Below are positions 63,510 through 64,000 of a stretch of 64,000 nucleotides of DNA, in pieces; position 1 is the first letter of the stretch; each line of letters begins with the position of its first letter. The notes under the pieces are model-generated. The model ran no database searches. It was not told where the DNA came from and saw only the letters and a program-made list of their open reading frames with translations. Position numbers and translations under genes: made by a program. This stretch comes from a virus. The stretch is taken from the IMG/VR virus record IMGVR_UViG_3300038427_000078; one strand, written 5' to 3'.

Positions 63510-63797
63510 ATGATCTATTACATTCAACCTAAAGCAGGCGGTCTAGTGAAGATTGGTCACTCAATCAATGTCGATCATCGCCTTGCAACTCTACAGGCTA
63601 GCTCGCCGCTTGAGCTTGTCGTGCGGAGCACAGAGCACGGAGGATATCAGCGTGAGGCCGAGCTTCACTGGCAGTTTCGTGACCTACGCGAGCATGGCGA
63701 GTGGTTCCGTCCACACCCCTATATGCCCGGAGTGATCCTAGACCGTTACGAGCGACGTGAGCGACTGCTAGACCGTATCTGTGATCCCGAAGATTAG
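63510..63797 (+). CDS. GIY-YIG (T5orf172-like) protein
   Basis: IYYI...VKIG...RL..LQ...E..LH..F...GEWF. Confidence 0.8.
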   Translation: MIYYIQPKAGGLVKIGHSINVDHRLATLQASSPLELVVRSTEHGGYQREAELHWQFRDLREHGEWFRPHPYMPGVILDRYERRERLLDRICDPED

Positions 63798-64000
63798 CAC
63801 CCGGAAACTTGACCATGACACCATCGACCAAGATCACCACGGCCAACGGCCTAGCGGCACGGCAGGCTATCCACCTGCACAGAGCAGCGCACGCAGACGG
63901 CGAGCAGAGCAGCCTGGACGACTGCATCGCCGCCGCATTCGCGCAGCACGGCGTGCTGACGGGCGAGCGTCGAGCCGCCTGGGACAAGCTGCACCGCAGG

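Noticed and set aside
543-63987. Numerous minus-strand ORFs in the six-frame track
   Set aside because: They are shadows of + strand genes or tRNAs in GC-rich DNA, with no motifs, RBS or promoters

Overview
This is a 64-kb segment of a large, GC-rich tailed phage genome. The host is probably actinobacterial, given the TTGACA-N17-TAnnnT promoters driving leaderless mRNAs. Essentially every gene is on the + strand. 0.6-12 kb: a translation island with about 29 tRNA genes (none with encoded CCA), a tmRNA and a reduced RNase P RNA, plus structured spacer RNAs, broken tRNA halves and free-standing homing endonucleases (HEGs). 12-48 kb: lysis, tail, terminase, head and portal genes, a nucleotide-metabolism cluster, and large multidomain proteins (CCA-adding enzyme, nucleotidyltransferase/GNAT, 2H phosphoesterase/ART-like). 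48-64 kb: early-type genes (rIIA/rIIB-like, ATP-dependent ligase, polynucleotide kinase, UvrD-like helicase) with a repeated operator-plus-promoter unit. Main highlights: (1) a LAGLIDADG endonuclease ORF looped out of the P19 stem of the phage RNase P ribozyme; (2) endonuclease+tRNA cassettes that split tRNA genes and carry a replacement tRNA for the same amino acid; (3) ORFs whose stop codons lie inside the next tRNA; (4) two separately promoted small proteins that are copies of portal-protein sub-domains (candidate decoys). All calls come from manual reading; no searches were run.
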